Positions 37,679 through 47,368 of a DNA stretch of 64,000 nucleotides are shown here, one piece after another; the first letter of the stretch is position 1, and every line of letters starts with the position of its first letter. The stretch is from the NCBI GenBank assembly GCA_041691135.1, contig JBEPVF010000002.1, forward strand, positions 32,001 through 96,000. The letters run 5' to 3'. Source of the DNA: Candidatus Peribacteria bacterium. GTDB lineage: Bacteria; Patescibacteriota; Gracilibacteria; Peribacterales; Peribacteraceae. Under the pieces are notes generated by a model. The model was not told the origin of the DNA, did no database searches, and worked only from the letters and a program-made list of their open reading frames with translations. The position numbers and the translations under genes were made by a program.

Positions 37679-38575
37679 ATGCAAAAAATCACCCCATTCC
37701 TGTGGTTCGATACCGAAGCCGAAGAGGCCATGAACTTTTACCTGTCCGTGTTCAAGAATGCCAAAGCCAAAGGTTTATCACACTATGGCGAGGGCAGCCC
37801 CGGACCCAAGGGTTCGGTGATGACGGCAACATTTGAGATCGAAGGCGTCGAACTGACCGCACTCAACGGCGGTCCTATACAGGACGGGTTCACACCGTCT
37901 ATTTCGTTCTTCGTGAACTGCGAAACGGCGGAAGAAGTCGATGCCCTGTGGGCACGCTTGTCTGAGGGCGGCACACCGCTGATGGAAGTGGGCGAGTATC
38001 CGTTCAGCAAACGATACGGTTGGATCAAAGATAAATTCGACGTGTCGTGGCAGCTGATGATCGGTACTCAATCGCAACCGGGACGCAAGATCGTTCCGTG
38101 TCTGCTGTTCACCGATGCCAAATACGGCTGGGCCGAATCGGCGATCAATCACTACACCTCTATTTTCCCGGATTCATCCGTCACGTTCGTGCACAAAGCC
38201 GGACCGGGCGGACCGGATAAAGAGGGAGCCGTGCAGTTCTCCACCTTCAAGCTCTTCGGCGAAACATTCTCGGCCATGGACGGCTCGGGCACACATAACT
38301 TCAGCTTCACGATGGCTCTGTCGTTTATGGTCAGCTGCGATTCGCAGGAGGAAGTCGACAAGTATTGGGATGCACTGACTGCTGATGGCGGCAAAGAAGT
38401 ACAATGCGGCTGGCTGACCGACAAGTTCGGCGTGTCGTGGCAGATCGTTCCCAAAGTATTGATGAAATTAATAAACGATCCGGATCCCGCCAAAGCAAAA
38501 CGCGCGATGCAGGCTATGCTGCAGATGAAGAAGATCGATATCGCCGGATTGCAGAAGGCATACGACGCACAATAA
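37679..38575 (+). CDS. VOC family protein (tandem PhnB / 3-demethylubiquinone MTase-like domains)
   Basis: KITPFLWF, two copies of GW..DKF.VSWQ, MKKIDIA. Confidence 0.92.
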   Translation: MQKITPFLWFDTEAEEAMNFYLSVFKNAKAKGLSHYGEGSPGPKGSVMTATFEIEGVELTALNGGPIQDGFTPSISFFVNCETAEEVDALWARLSEGGTPLMEVGEYPFSKRYGWIKDKFDVSWQLMIGTQSQPGRKIVPCLLFTDAKYGWAESAINHYTSIFPDSSVTFVHKAGPGGPDKEGAVQFSTFKLFGETFSAMDGSGTHNFSFTMALSFMVSCDSQEEVDKYWDALTADGGKEVQCGWLTDKFGVSWQIVPKVLMKLINDPDPAKAKRAMQAMLQMKKIDIAGLQKAYDAQ

Positions 38576-38585
38576 CCGCTTGTCT

Positions 38586-39290
38586 ATGCCAAAACTCTTC
38601 GCGGACAACACCGCAGACATCGATGCCCCCGCTTCGCTCGTGTGGGACGTGCTGACGAAGAACGACTATGGCAACCGCTGGGCGTTCGACTTCGCACAGC
38701 TGCACATCGAATCCGATTGGGAATTCGGCAGCCTGGTTCTGTGGAAGAAAGACGATGGCACTGTGGCCGTGGAAGGAAAAGTAATCGCACTCGAGCCGCA
38801 GAAGCTTCTGCGGTTTACAGTGATCGATACCAGCAATCCTCAGCGTGAACTGGCAAGAAGCAACGATGATGGCATCACCTTCGAACTCTCGGAACAAAAT
38901 GGCATGACGACGCTCCATGTGCTTCATGGTGATTTTTCCGTACTCGAAGACGCCGAGCAAGCGCTGCAGGGAACAATGGAAAGCTGGGGCAAAGTATTGC
39001 CGCAGATCAAGGCACTGACCGAATGGATACTCAAGCTTGAACAGGAAGGATTCACCGACCTGCGCGTGTGTCCGATTCCGCCGAACAAAGATCTGCCGGA
39101 GCACACGCATGATGATCATACGGTTCATGTGGTCCTCGACGGCAAACTGATCATCACCGACCATGGCAATACAGAAACATTCCAGCCGGGTGACCGTGTG
39201 GACTTTCCCGCCGGCACGACGCACAAGGCGCGGGGCAGCATCGACTTCGGCAAGATGATCATCGGCATCAAAGCGACATCGCAGACATAA
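38586..39290 (+). CDS. SRPBCC (AHSA1-like) plus cupin fusion protein
   Basis: IDAPASLVWDVLT...W..VL followed by EHTH....H...G...FPAGTTH. Confidence 0.8.
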   Translation: MPKLFADNTADIDAPASLVWDVLTKNDYGNRWAFDFAQLHIESDWEFGSLVLWKKDDGTVAVEGKVIALEPQKLLRFTVIDTSNPQRELARSNDDGITFELSEQNGMTTLHVLHGDFSVLEDAEQALQGTMESWGKVLPQIKALTEWILKLEQEGFTDLRVCPIPPNKDLPEHTHDDHTVHVVLDGKLIITDHGNTETFQPGDRVDFPAGTTHKARGSIDFGKMIIGIKATSQT

Positions 39291-39345
39291 CTTTCAAGAA
39301 GAGTGAGCGTGCGTTCTGGCAAGAAATCACTCCGATCTCTATGCT

Positions 39346-41046
39346 TTGCTTTATATGTTGCGCCTGGATGCCTGGAAACAGCGTCGATGGCCTGCGGATT
39401 TTTCCAAAAAAGCCGCAGTAGTCACTTTTTTTGTGCTATTTTTCGTCATTGGGCTGCGATCATTCGGCGACTACGGCATACCGTATGACGAAGGCACGAT
39501 GATGCAGCTCGGCCGGGAATCCTACGCATACGCTTTTGAACATCGACCCTATCCCGAAGATACTCATATTCGATTCCATGGCACGGCGGTGGAACTTCCG
39601 CTCTACGCGCTGACGCAAGTAGTGGGACCGCTTGATAATATACAGATCGCCTATCTGCGCCGGTTCGCCGTCTTCTGTTTCTTCTTTCTCGGTGTCCTCA
39701 GTTTCTTTTTCGTCGCACAACGAATCATTGGTGATTGGAGGATGGCATTGATCGGCTGTGCGTTCTTCGTGCTGAGTCCCCGGGTATTCGCCCATGGCTT
39801 CTACAACTCACGGGACATTCCGACGCTGGCGCTCTTCACATTGGCCATACTCACGCTTTTAAGACTCGTCGAAAAACCCTCCGCGCAGAGGTCGGTGATA
39901 CATGGGATCGTCTGCGGATTGGTAATCGGCATTCGCATGCCCGCACTGTTTCTGATTCCACTGACACTGTTTATTCTCGCGCTGGAAGTTATCAGACAAC
40001 GCCCGTTCTTGCGTTCGCTACAATCCGTCGCTCTGTGCATTGGCATTTTCTTGCTATCGCTCTTCGCCACAACATACGCCATGTGGCCGCTGCTCTGGGA
40101 ACATCCGGTGATGCATTTTTTGGATGCCTATAGATTCATGAGCTCCATCGAATCGCCCGTCATGTTTTTGGGCCGGGTGTATCAGGCTCTTCCCTGGTTC
40201 TACATCCCGCTCTGGATTCTGTTCACCACACCTTGGCTGTATTCGCTGCTCTTCTTGCTGGGATGTTCAGTGTTTATTGTCCGCATCGTCAGGGGACAAC
40301 TGCATCCGTTGAGCATGCGTGTATACCCGATACTATTGCCGTTCCTTTGGTTCTTCATTCCGCCTGTCTTTCTCATACTCAGTCACGCCGGCATCTACCA
40401 GGAATGGCGGCACATTCTTTTCCTGTATCCCGGTTTTCTGCTCATTGCGCTGATGGGATTGGATTTTCTGACGCGCATGATCGGCCAAGTACGTAGCACT
40501 CGGGCAATGCACCGCCTTGTTCTGGCCGGCTGCCTTTTTATATTCGTGCCACTGGCATCGACTGCCGCCTGGATGTTCAGAAATCACCCCTACGAGAATG
40601 TGTACTACGCCGTCCCACGCGAGTGGATTTCGACCAAGCTCGATCTGGATTACTGGGGACTTTCGCTGCGACAAGCCATGCAGTACGTCGTGGAACATGA
40701 TTCGCGACCGTTCATTACATTCTATTCGCCGCACAATCTGACGGCCATGGACGCCTACGTTTTTTTCCAAACAAACCTGTCGATGCGTGTCGTGCATGTG
40801 ACGAGCCCGCAACTAGCCGACTACGTGATAGAGCTGCACCAACCCACCGTCCCATCGGCATTTTCCGGCTACGAAGAAGTTCATTCGATTACGGTGGATG
40901 GTATGAAACTGGTCAGCGTGTACGAAGGCAACAGCAAAGCTCGTGCCTTCATGGACACATTGCGCAGCGCCAAAGCGGAGGATCGGCTGCGGTTGCTTCT
41001 ATCGGCTGGTAAAAAATTAGACTCAGCCGCCTATTCCTCGCTATAA
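39346..41046 (+). CDS. GT-C (PMT/ArnT-like) glycosyltransferase
   Basis: DYGIPYDE, LSPRVFAH..YNSRD, LDYWG, many TM helices; start uncertain. Confidence 0.85.
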   Translation: MLYMLRLDAWKQRRWPADFSKKAAVVTFFVLFFVIGLRSFGDYGIPYDEGTMMQLGRESYAYAFEHRPYPEDTHIRFHGTAVELPLYALTQVVGPLDNIQIAYLRRFAVFCFFFLGVLSFFFVAQRIIGDWRMALIGCAFFVLSPRVFAHGFYNSRDIPTLALFTLAILTLLRLVEKPSAQRSVIHGIVCGLVIGIRMPALFLIPLTLFILALEVIRQRPFLRSLQSVALCIGIFLLSLFATTYAMWPLLWEHPVMHFLDAYRFMSSIESPVMFLGRVYQALPWFYIPLWILFTTPWLYSLLFLLGCSVFIVRIVRGQLHPLSMRVYPILLPFLWFFIPPVFLILSHAGIYQEWRHILFLYPGFLLIALMGLDFLTRMIGQVRSTRAMHRLVLAGCLFIFVPLASTAAWMFRNHPYENVYYAVPREWISTKLDLDYWGLSLRQAMQYVVEHDSRPFITFYSPHNLTAMDAYVFFQTNLSMRVVHVTSPQLADYVIELHQPTVPSAFSGYEEVHSITVDGMKLVSVYEGNSKARAFMDTLRSAKAEDRLRLLLSAGKKLDSAAYSSL

Positions 41047-41130
41047 AAACTCCGCTCGTACCAGACAGATTGTTCACATTATTTGATCAATTATTCTCGC
41101 TTCGATACGGGCTCTGCTACGCTGGCCGGC

Positions 41131-41835
41131 ATGCGCACATTTAAGTACTACGATTTCATGATGGCCGCTTTCGTGACGGTCCTACTCATCAGCAACCTCG
41201 CATCATCCGCGAAGATCGTGGACTGGGGCGTGTCGCTCTACGGTCTGCGCCTGAGCTTCGACGCGGGCACATTGATGTTCCCGCTAAGTTACATCTTCAG
41301 CGATGTGCTTACCGAAGTGTATGGCTACGGACGCGACCGGCGCATCATCTGGACCGGCTTCGCTGCATCCATCGCAATGAGCCTGTGCTTCCTGGCCATC
41401 CAACATTTGCCCGGCGAATCCGAGTGGCAGAAATACGCAGGAGACGGAGCATACGCAGCGATCCTCGGTGGCGTGAGCAGTGGCGGGATCATTATCGCCA
41501 GCATCACGGCCTACTTACTCGGCGAATTCACCAACTCCTATATTCTGGCGAAGATGAAAATCTGGACGGCTGGACGGCACCTGTGGACACGCACCATCGG
41601 TTCCACTCTGATCGGCGAAGGTTTGGACACGCTGACCTTCGTGATCATCGCCTGTGCCTTCGGTGTGTTCCCATGGTCGATTGCAGCCAGCCTCATCGTC
41701 GCCAATTATATTTTCAAAGTGGGAATCGAAGTGCTGTTCACACCGGTGACGTATGCTGTTGTGGGTTTCCTCAAGCGTACCGAAAATGAGGACTACTACG
41801 ACCGCGATACGAACTTCAATCCGTTTCGGGTGTAG
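41131..41835 (+). CDS. Queuosine precursor transporter (YhhQ/VUT family)
   Basis: FPLSYIFSDVLTEVYG, LWTRTIGST..GE..DT, DT.FNPF. Confidence 0.92.
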   Translation: MRTFKYYDFMMAAFVTVLLISNLASSAKIVDWGVSLYGLRLSFDAGTLMFPLSYIFSDVLTEVYGYGRDRRIIWTGFAASIAMSLCFLAIQHLPGESEWQKYAGDGAYAAILGGVSSGGIIIASITAYLLGEFTNSYILAKMKIWTAGRHLWTRTIGSTLIGEGLDTLTFVIIACAFGVFPWSIAASLIVANYIFKVGIEVLFTPVTYAVVGFLKRTENEDYYDRDTNFNPFRV

Positions 41836-41848
41836 GGAGTTGATATGT

Positions 41849-41876
41849 TAGCTGTAGCTGGTGGATGATTTGCGAA
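41849..41876. repeat. att-like scar 3 (24/28 identical to 47281-47308)
   Basis: TAGCTGTAGCTGGTGGATGATTTGCGAA versus TGGCTGGGACTGGTGGATGATTTGCGAA. Confidence 0.7.
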
Positions 41877-41939
41877 GACTTGGATGGATAGAACCTAGCA
41901 ATTCTATTCACCACTGGCAAAGGGATATTCGATGCGTTT

Positions 41940-42482
41940 TTATTGAACGCCTAACTTTTCTAACTCAATTTTTAGCAATCCGGAATAACGTCTCTCTGCT
42001 CTAATCTTTATAGTTTCGGCGTAACTTTGATCACTGGAAACTTGCCCCTCATTATCCAATACTTGAATACTTGGTTCGCCACCCAATGGAATAGTAATTC
42101 TCACCGTAACACTCTGAAAGATAAGAACCGCTACCTTCATATCTCCTTCTTCTTTTTCATCAATCCTGATTAATCCTTTTTCTGCATCAATTATTGCCCT
42201 AGCCATGGCCAGACCTTTTGCTTTGCGTATTTTTTTTGCAGAATCCAGATCAACAATTTTTTCTTGATCCCCGTTAGAACTTTCTGGCTCTACAGGTATA
42301 GAAGACAGTGAACCACTCGCCTCAACTTGGCTGCGTGTGTCGCTTCGAATGTCTCCAATAGATGCAGCTACATTATCAATAAAGGCCTCTAGTGCTTGTA
42401 TGGCTTCCGGGTCCACTCCTGTACGCAGAGTTGCTAGATGCCTGCGCGCCTCTCTTATTTCGGACGAATCAATTGTGCTCAT
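41940..42482 (-). CDS. Hypothetical protein (AT-rich, probably leaderless)
   Basis: 180-aa ORF; TTGACA-17-CATAAT lies just upstream of the ATG. Confidence 0.65.
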   Translation of the reverse strand: MSTIDSSEIREARRHLATLRTGVDPEAIQALEAFIDNVAASIGDIRSDTRSQVEASGSLSSIPVEPESSNGDQEKIVDLDSAKKIRKAKGLAMARAIIDAEKGLIRIDEKEEGDMKVAVLIFQSVTVRITIPLGGEPSIQVLDNEGQVSSDQSYAETIKIRAERRYSGLLKIELEKLGVQ

Positions 42483-42761
42483 ATTGTTATTATGACATTT
42501 AAAATTTTAATTGTCAAATAACTAAGATTGCCTATATTTCGCTTATATAGGGCATTGGTTGGATATTCTAGAACATTTTCTTGAATCAGTTAGTAAGCCA
42601 AACTGAAACAAGTTGGGAAATTCCAAATGGAACCATGATAGTTATGACGAGCGCGTTCGGCCGATCGATTGGAATCGCGCGGAATGTGCGGGAAAAGATT
42701 CGATAGCTCTATTACAAAACGGACCGACCTCTGTGAGATCAGTCCGTCAGAGGAAACTCTC

Positions 42762-43868
42762 TTAGTTACTTGGGACGGTGATCGTGTTGGCCTGGAGTGT
42801 TACTGCTCCAATGCGCGCGAGCAGACGACCGTCGACTTTGGCACCTGTTTGAAGCGAGATGGACTGGTCGGCAAGAATGCTGCCTTTGAATGTAGCATTC
42901 GCCTCGAGGTTGGCAGAGGTACCGACTTGCCAGAAAATGTTGGATGCCTTGGCCCCACCCATGAGGATGATCTGGCGTCCGGTCGTGACATTCAGCGTCG
43001 ATGCCATTTGGAAGATGAAGATGGCGTTGCTGTTACCTCTTGCATCGAGCGTGAGATCGCCGGAGCTGATCTCCAGTCCGGACGTGGATTTGTAGAGACC
43101 AGGAGTGAGCACTGTTCCGCCCAAATTGCCCGCGACACTCACGGGAGCCACCGTGCGACCGGCGAGATCATTGTACGCAATGGTCAGTGCGGTTTGCGCT
43201 GACGCGGTAGCTGTATCGGTCTGATGAATCGTTCCCACCGTCACCACTCCCGGTCCAAACCCCGTGACTGCACTTCCAGGACTGACGCCTACATCACCTG
43301 CAACAGTGGTGAGACCGGTGTTGGTAACAGTGGAACCAGCCAGCACACCAAAGGTGGCTGCTGCGCCGAGTGATACTGACGATTGAGTGCCAGATGCAAC
43401 CGAAGAGGAAGACATCGATGAAGAAGAATTTGAGCTTGAGGAAGAACTCACACTTGTATTAGAGGAAGAAGACGACGAGGAGCTTGAACGAGAAGATGAC
43501 CTCGATGAAGAGGAAAGACTCGAACGAGAGGAAGATGACAACGGGGATGGAACATCAAAGCCGGCATGGAATTGACGGTGGAGCATATTTCTCGTCTGAA
43601 CCATGATGCGACGCGCTCGATTATATGCGGGGGTTCCTTTCTCTGATGCGTGAACGCTGTACCAACGTAAAAGTGCGGTTTCGGCATCACGGTGATACTG
43701 ACGGTGACCAGGAACGTTTGACGCGGAATCAGCATGTGCCGCGGTCCATTCGGGATTCGGGGTCTGTATAAAGCCGTCATTCGGTTCGACGGTTGCGGCT
43801 GCAAATGCCGATGGAATAAAGGCACACAGCGTAAAAAGAGCCAGCCTAATGGAGGGATTTTTTCTCAT
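42762..43868 (-). CDS. Secreted ice-binding family (DUF3494) protein with poly-Ser linker
   Basis: FGVLAGSTVTNTG, LTPGLY, LTLDA.G...FIFQ, NIFWQVG, GRLLA...VTL; signal peptide. Confidence 0.93.
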   Translation of the reverse strand: MRKNPSIRLALFTLCAFIPSAFAAATVEPNDGFIQTPNPEWTAAHADSASNVPGHRQYHRDAETALLRWYSVHASEKGTPAYNRARRIMVQTRNMLHRQFHAGFDVPSPLSSSSRSSLSSSSRSSSRSSSSSSSSSNTSVSSSSSSNSSSSMSSSSVASGTQSSVSLGAAATFGVLAGSTVTNTGLTTVAGDVGVSPGSAVTGFGPGVVTVGTIHQTDTATASAQTALTIAYNDLAGRTVAPVSVAGNLGGTVLTPGLYKSTSGLEISSGDLTLDARGNSNAIFIFQMASTLNVTTGRQIILMGGAKASNIFWQVGTSANLEANATFKGSILADQSISLQTGAKVDGRLLARIGAVTLQANTITVPSN

Positions 43869-43955
43869 GGGATGAATATGGAGGAACAAAACTGAGAGCG
43901 AATGCCCGCAATTGCAATTGAGACGTGCTACGGGTCGAAAACTTACACCACTACC

Positions 43956-44483
43956 TTATATATGTGTTGCAGACGCTGGCGCAACGACATGCGTTTCATG
44001 AAAGGGTGTCCGCGGGTTCTCTCGCATACGCTGGTTAATCCGCTCAGCTAGCCACTGAAAGTACTCACCGAGAAAAGGATCCGACTGGTTCTCGCGTATA
44101 TCCAGGAAAATTATTTTGTATTTCTCCCACGCCACCGTCACGAATGAGCCGAGCGTCTTATCGACCAGATCTATATCGATGAGCTGCTCGGCAACAAGGA
44201 TGCCGAGCGATTCCATCGACTGCGCGAGTTGGATGAACGTGAGCTGCTCATCTTCGGGAAGCGTCTGCAATTCATCGCGGCTGGAGGGCACCGTATGCGA
44301 CGTAACGAAGTGAAGAAGTTCTGCAAATTCACGCGTTTGGAAGTAACGCAGCGTCTCGAGCGTCAGCCGCTCACGGCGATCGCGCTCCGCCGCTCGAACC
44401 TGCGCGATACCAAAGATAAGCGCCACAACGAATGACAGCGTGAGGGCGACGTTGGCGATGAGGGTGATGGTTTCGCTCACCAT
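43956..44483 (-). CDS. Hypothetical protein with N-terminal TM (DUF4760-like)
   Basis: TM, then ESLGILV...ID, W......R......E.FQWLA. Confidence 0.65.
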   Translation of the reverse strand: MVSETITLIANVALTLSFVVALIFGIAQVRAAERDRRERLTLETLRYFQTREFAELLHFVTSHTVPSSRDELQTLPEDEQLTFIQLAQSMESLGILVAEQLIDIDLVDKTLGSFVTVAWEKYKIIFLDIRENQSDPFLGEYFQWLAERINQRMRENPRTPFHETHVVAPASATHI

Positions 44484-44533
44484 AAAATCTATTCCTTTAT
44501 ATCACAATCATAGTCGAGTTACACTACAGACAA

Positions 44534-45298
44534 ATGGCATCCTCTCAGCTCCTCTCCTTCACCGAATATGGATCGGGTCCGCCACTCCTGCTCGTCCATG
44601 GATTGATGATCACCGGCGAGATGTTCGAGCCCGTCATCAAGCGACTTGCAACCCGACATCGCGTCATTGTCCCCGACCTACGCGGCCATGGACGAAGCCG
44701 AGGACTTCCGCCGCCGTATACGGTTACGCAGCTCGCAGCAGATTTATCGCATCTGCTCGACCATCTGAGCATCGATTCTATCGCAATACTCGGTTACTCA
44801 CAGGGCGGCGCTGTTGCACAGCAATTGGTCCTAGATTATCCGAAACGATGTAACCGACTCATACTCGGTTGTACGTATGCGTACAACATGGCGACCCTTC
44901 GCGAGAAAATCGAAGGCCACGTTGTGCCATTTCTCATAAATCTTCTTGGCATGAGACGATTTGCCACATTCGTCATTTCCCAGGGATTGAAACAGGTGAC
45001 TAAGGAACGTGCTGATTGGGTCGTCGGCCTCATCGCGGACCAGGACCGTAAGTCGATGGTGTCCGCATGGAAAGCGGCGATGATGTTTGACAGTAGAAAT
45101 CGTCTGACCGAGATCAAGTGTCCGACGCTCATTATCCCCGGCTCGAAAGATGAAGCAGTCCCGCTCCACCACGCGAAGATGCTTCACGATGGCATCACCG
45201 ATTCCAAGCTCGTCATTATCGATGGCGCCGACCACGCCCTCATCTGGGCACGAACAAAAGAATTTTTAGAAGTGATCGAAGGATTTCTCGCGACCTGA
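44534..45298 (+). CDS. Alpha/beta hydrolase
   Basis: HG, DLRGHG, GYSQGG nucleophile, PTLII.G..D, catalytic His. Confidence 0.93.
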   Translation: MASSQLLSFTEYGSGPPLLLVHGLMITGEMFEPVIKRLATRHRVIVPDLRGHGRSRGLPPPYTVTQLAADLSHLLDHLSIDSIAILGYSQGGAVAQQLVLDYPKRCNRLILGCTYAYNMATLREKIEGHVVPFLINLLGMRRFATFVISQGLKQVTKERADWVVGLIADQDRKSMVSAWKAAMMFDSRNRLTEIKCPTLIIPGSKDEAVPLHHAKMLHDGITDSKLVIIDGADHALIWARTKEFLEVIEGFLAT

Positions 45299-45324
45299 TT
45301 GCAAGCAACTGCAGATGAATTTTG

Positions 45325-45353
45325 TGGCTGGACATCCTAACGCTTATCCGAAC
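45325..45353. repeat. att-like scar 2
   Basis: TGGCTGG-ACATCCTAACGCTTATC-CGAAC, same ends and spacing as the 47281 element. Confidence 0.45.
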
Positions 45354-45492
45354 TTATTCAGCTACTAGAAGTTTCTATCCATGATGACTTCCCGATATGT
45401 TTCTTTTCGGAGCTACTGACAATCTACCAAGTTCTCCAAAAAAGTATCATTGGCGAAATTTTAAATGGGTCAACACTGTCTTGCTCAGCAAA

Positions 45493-47094
45493 TCATTGAC
45501 ATGACGTGAGCGTGAAAAACATTGCCTTTCCATCAGTGAAGAACTGGTCACCTGTGAAATTCTTTCCCAGAGTTGGCGGCACCAGTTTCAGAAGCTGAGT
45601 TTTTATCACGCTGTTGCCAGCGTGAAGATCGGCAACCAGCAGATCCCGTTCTGTGTCGATGTCTGGCGCAATGGCATGGGTGATACCCCATTTGATTCCC
45701 GTATCGAGACTCACCGTACCAACATAGAGAGAGCCATCGATTGTTTCATAGCCCGTTTTCCAGAAACGTGCATGGTGTCGGGTACGCACTGATTGCTTCG
45801 CCGTTTCCTCTTCAAATCCGAAATCATGTGGGCGCGTATCATAAAACGATGGTGTCATGGGAGCTGTTGGATATGTTGTATTAAACAGTGCAGCACCAAT
45901 TACCTTCCTCATGGATGCGAGGGAGACTCTATCCGCAAGCATCCAATGTGCATTCTGGAAGTCCTGAACGAAACATGTGTCTTTCGCAACGATAATGAGA
46001 TTAATCGGCTCCTGTCTGACACCAGTCAGAGTCTCGGTATAGACGGGAAGTTTTCCTTGCTCAAAGAGAGCGACAATCCCGTCCGGCGCAATTTTTTGAG
46101 AAACTGGACGTTTTGTTTGTACCCAAGGCGATGGAGAGATCATATGGACGCCGATAACAACGCACATTTCGATAATTCCAAGAATACCGAGATGCAAGAG
46201 CGGAAAAGAGAAGGTTTTTATCTTCCCGTGTGAGAGAAACCATTCGGTTATGTTGATCGCGAAGAGTAATCCGAGAAGTCCCACAAGGTCGCCTGCAAGT
46301 ACGTCGCTCAAATAATGTACCCCGAGGTACAAACGGCTGAAATCGATGAGGACAATCGCAACGACGGCAAGAAAGAGGGCGTTGACACGCACGACCCAAC
46401 GCGTATGTGTACGAACAATGAGGTACGCAAGAAAGCCGTAGAAGGCGACTGCAGTCGTTGCATGGCCACTTGGAAAAGAGAACGAATCTTCCGTGATCGC
46501 ACGCAAGAGGATATCGGGTCTCTCGCGGTGGAAGACGATTTTCCCAAAGTAGGTTATCCCCTCGCTGACGGCGAGCGCGAGCCACAGGCTAGCAATGAAG
46601 ACTCGGTTACGCTGAATCCAGAGGAGAAAGCTAAGGAGTATCGCAATGGCGATAATCACGCCTGATGTCCCAAACAGAGTCACGAGGTAAAAAAAGTGAA
46701 GAATTCCCGGTTCGCGGAAAGCATAGAGAAGATTTGCAATGCGTTGGTCTGCCGCGATCAGCGGATTACCAAAGAGAAATGCTCCGATGATGCTCAAGAA
46801 AAGAAATATGATGTATACCAATGCCAGCGTGATGATCGTAAAAGGCAGACCGAAGAAACTCGCTTTCGAGAAACGGTTTCTCAGGAATTGAAGAGGCCTG
46901 TGATTTCGCTGAATCCACTGTAGGACATATGGATTTTTGAAAAAAGCGTCTTTCTGAGAATGCCAGAGAGATCCAGCTATTTTGAAAGCAATTTCACCGC
47001 GAGTTATCATCCACCGCCAGGACCAAATTACGATTGCGAAAACGAGGACGATGACAAGCACCAAGCCAAGAAAGGAAGAGAAGAACGAAGGCAT
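45493..47094 (-). CDS. PAP2 phosphatase plus LssY C-terminal domain membrane protein
   Basis: K....RERP, SFPSGH, SRLYLGVHYLSD; EPINL, RHHARFW, DIDTERD. Confidence 0.92.
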   Translation of the reverse strand: MPSFFSSFLGLVLVIVLVFAIVIWSWRWMITRGEIAFKIAGSLWHSQKDAFFKNPYVLQWIQRNHRPLQFLRNRFSKASFFGLPFTIITLALVYIIFLFLSIIGAFLFGNPLIAADQRIANLLYAFREPGILHFFYLVTLFGTSGVIIAIAILLSFLLWIQRNRVFIASLWLALAVSEGITYFGKIVFHRERPDILLRAITEDSFSFPSGHATTAVAFYGFLAYLIVRTHTRWVVRVNALFLAVVAIVLIDFSRLYLGVHYLSDVLAGDLVGLLGLLFAINITEWFLSHGKIKTFSFPLLHLGILGIIEMCVVIGVHMISPSPWVQTKRPVSQKIAPDGIVALFEQGKLPVYTETLTGVRQEPINLIIVAKDTCFVQDFQNAHWMLADRVSLASMRKVIGAALFNTTYPTAPMTPSFYDTRPHDFGFEEETAKQSVRTRHHARFWKTGYETIDGSLYVGTVSLDTGIKWGITHAIAPDIDTERDLLVADLHAGNSVIKTQLLKLVPPTLGKNFTGDQFFTDGKAMFFTLTSCQ

Positions 47095-47280
47095 CAGATC
47101 GCAGTATACGCACAGCGGTGCTTCTCGCGATACCTGCCGAGCCCGAAGGCGAGGATGGAACTCTGTAACTCCAGCGAGTTTGAAGAAGGATCAAGTCGCC
47201 ATTTTAGGGAACTATTTGGATCTAGGAGCACGCTCAAAACATTGAAAAAGTAGCGAATACTTTTTGCCTTCCACTTGAGC

Positions 47281-47308
47281 TGGCTGGGACTGGTGGATGA
47301 TTTGCGAA
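47281..47308. repeat. att-like scar 1, sharing the last 8 nt of tRNA-Gln
   Basis: TGGCTGGG identical to 50410-50417. Confidence 0.65.
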
Positions 47309-47368
47309 ATATCGACTTACTCCATCTAATGGAGACATCGATTGATTCACTTCTATTAAAAATTAAAC

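Noticed and set aside
41047-41130. preQ1 riboswitch upstream of the queuosine transporter
   Set aside because: No recognisable preQ1 stem-loop with an A-rich tail
42620-42670. RAYT transposase remnant (WNHDSYDERVR)
   Set aside because: Only a short motif resemblance, with no HUH motif or supporting ORF
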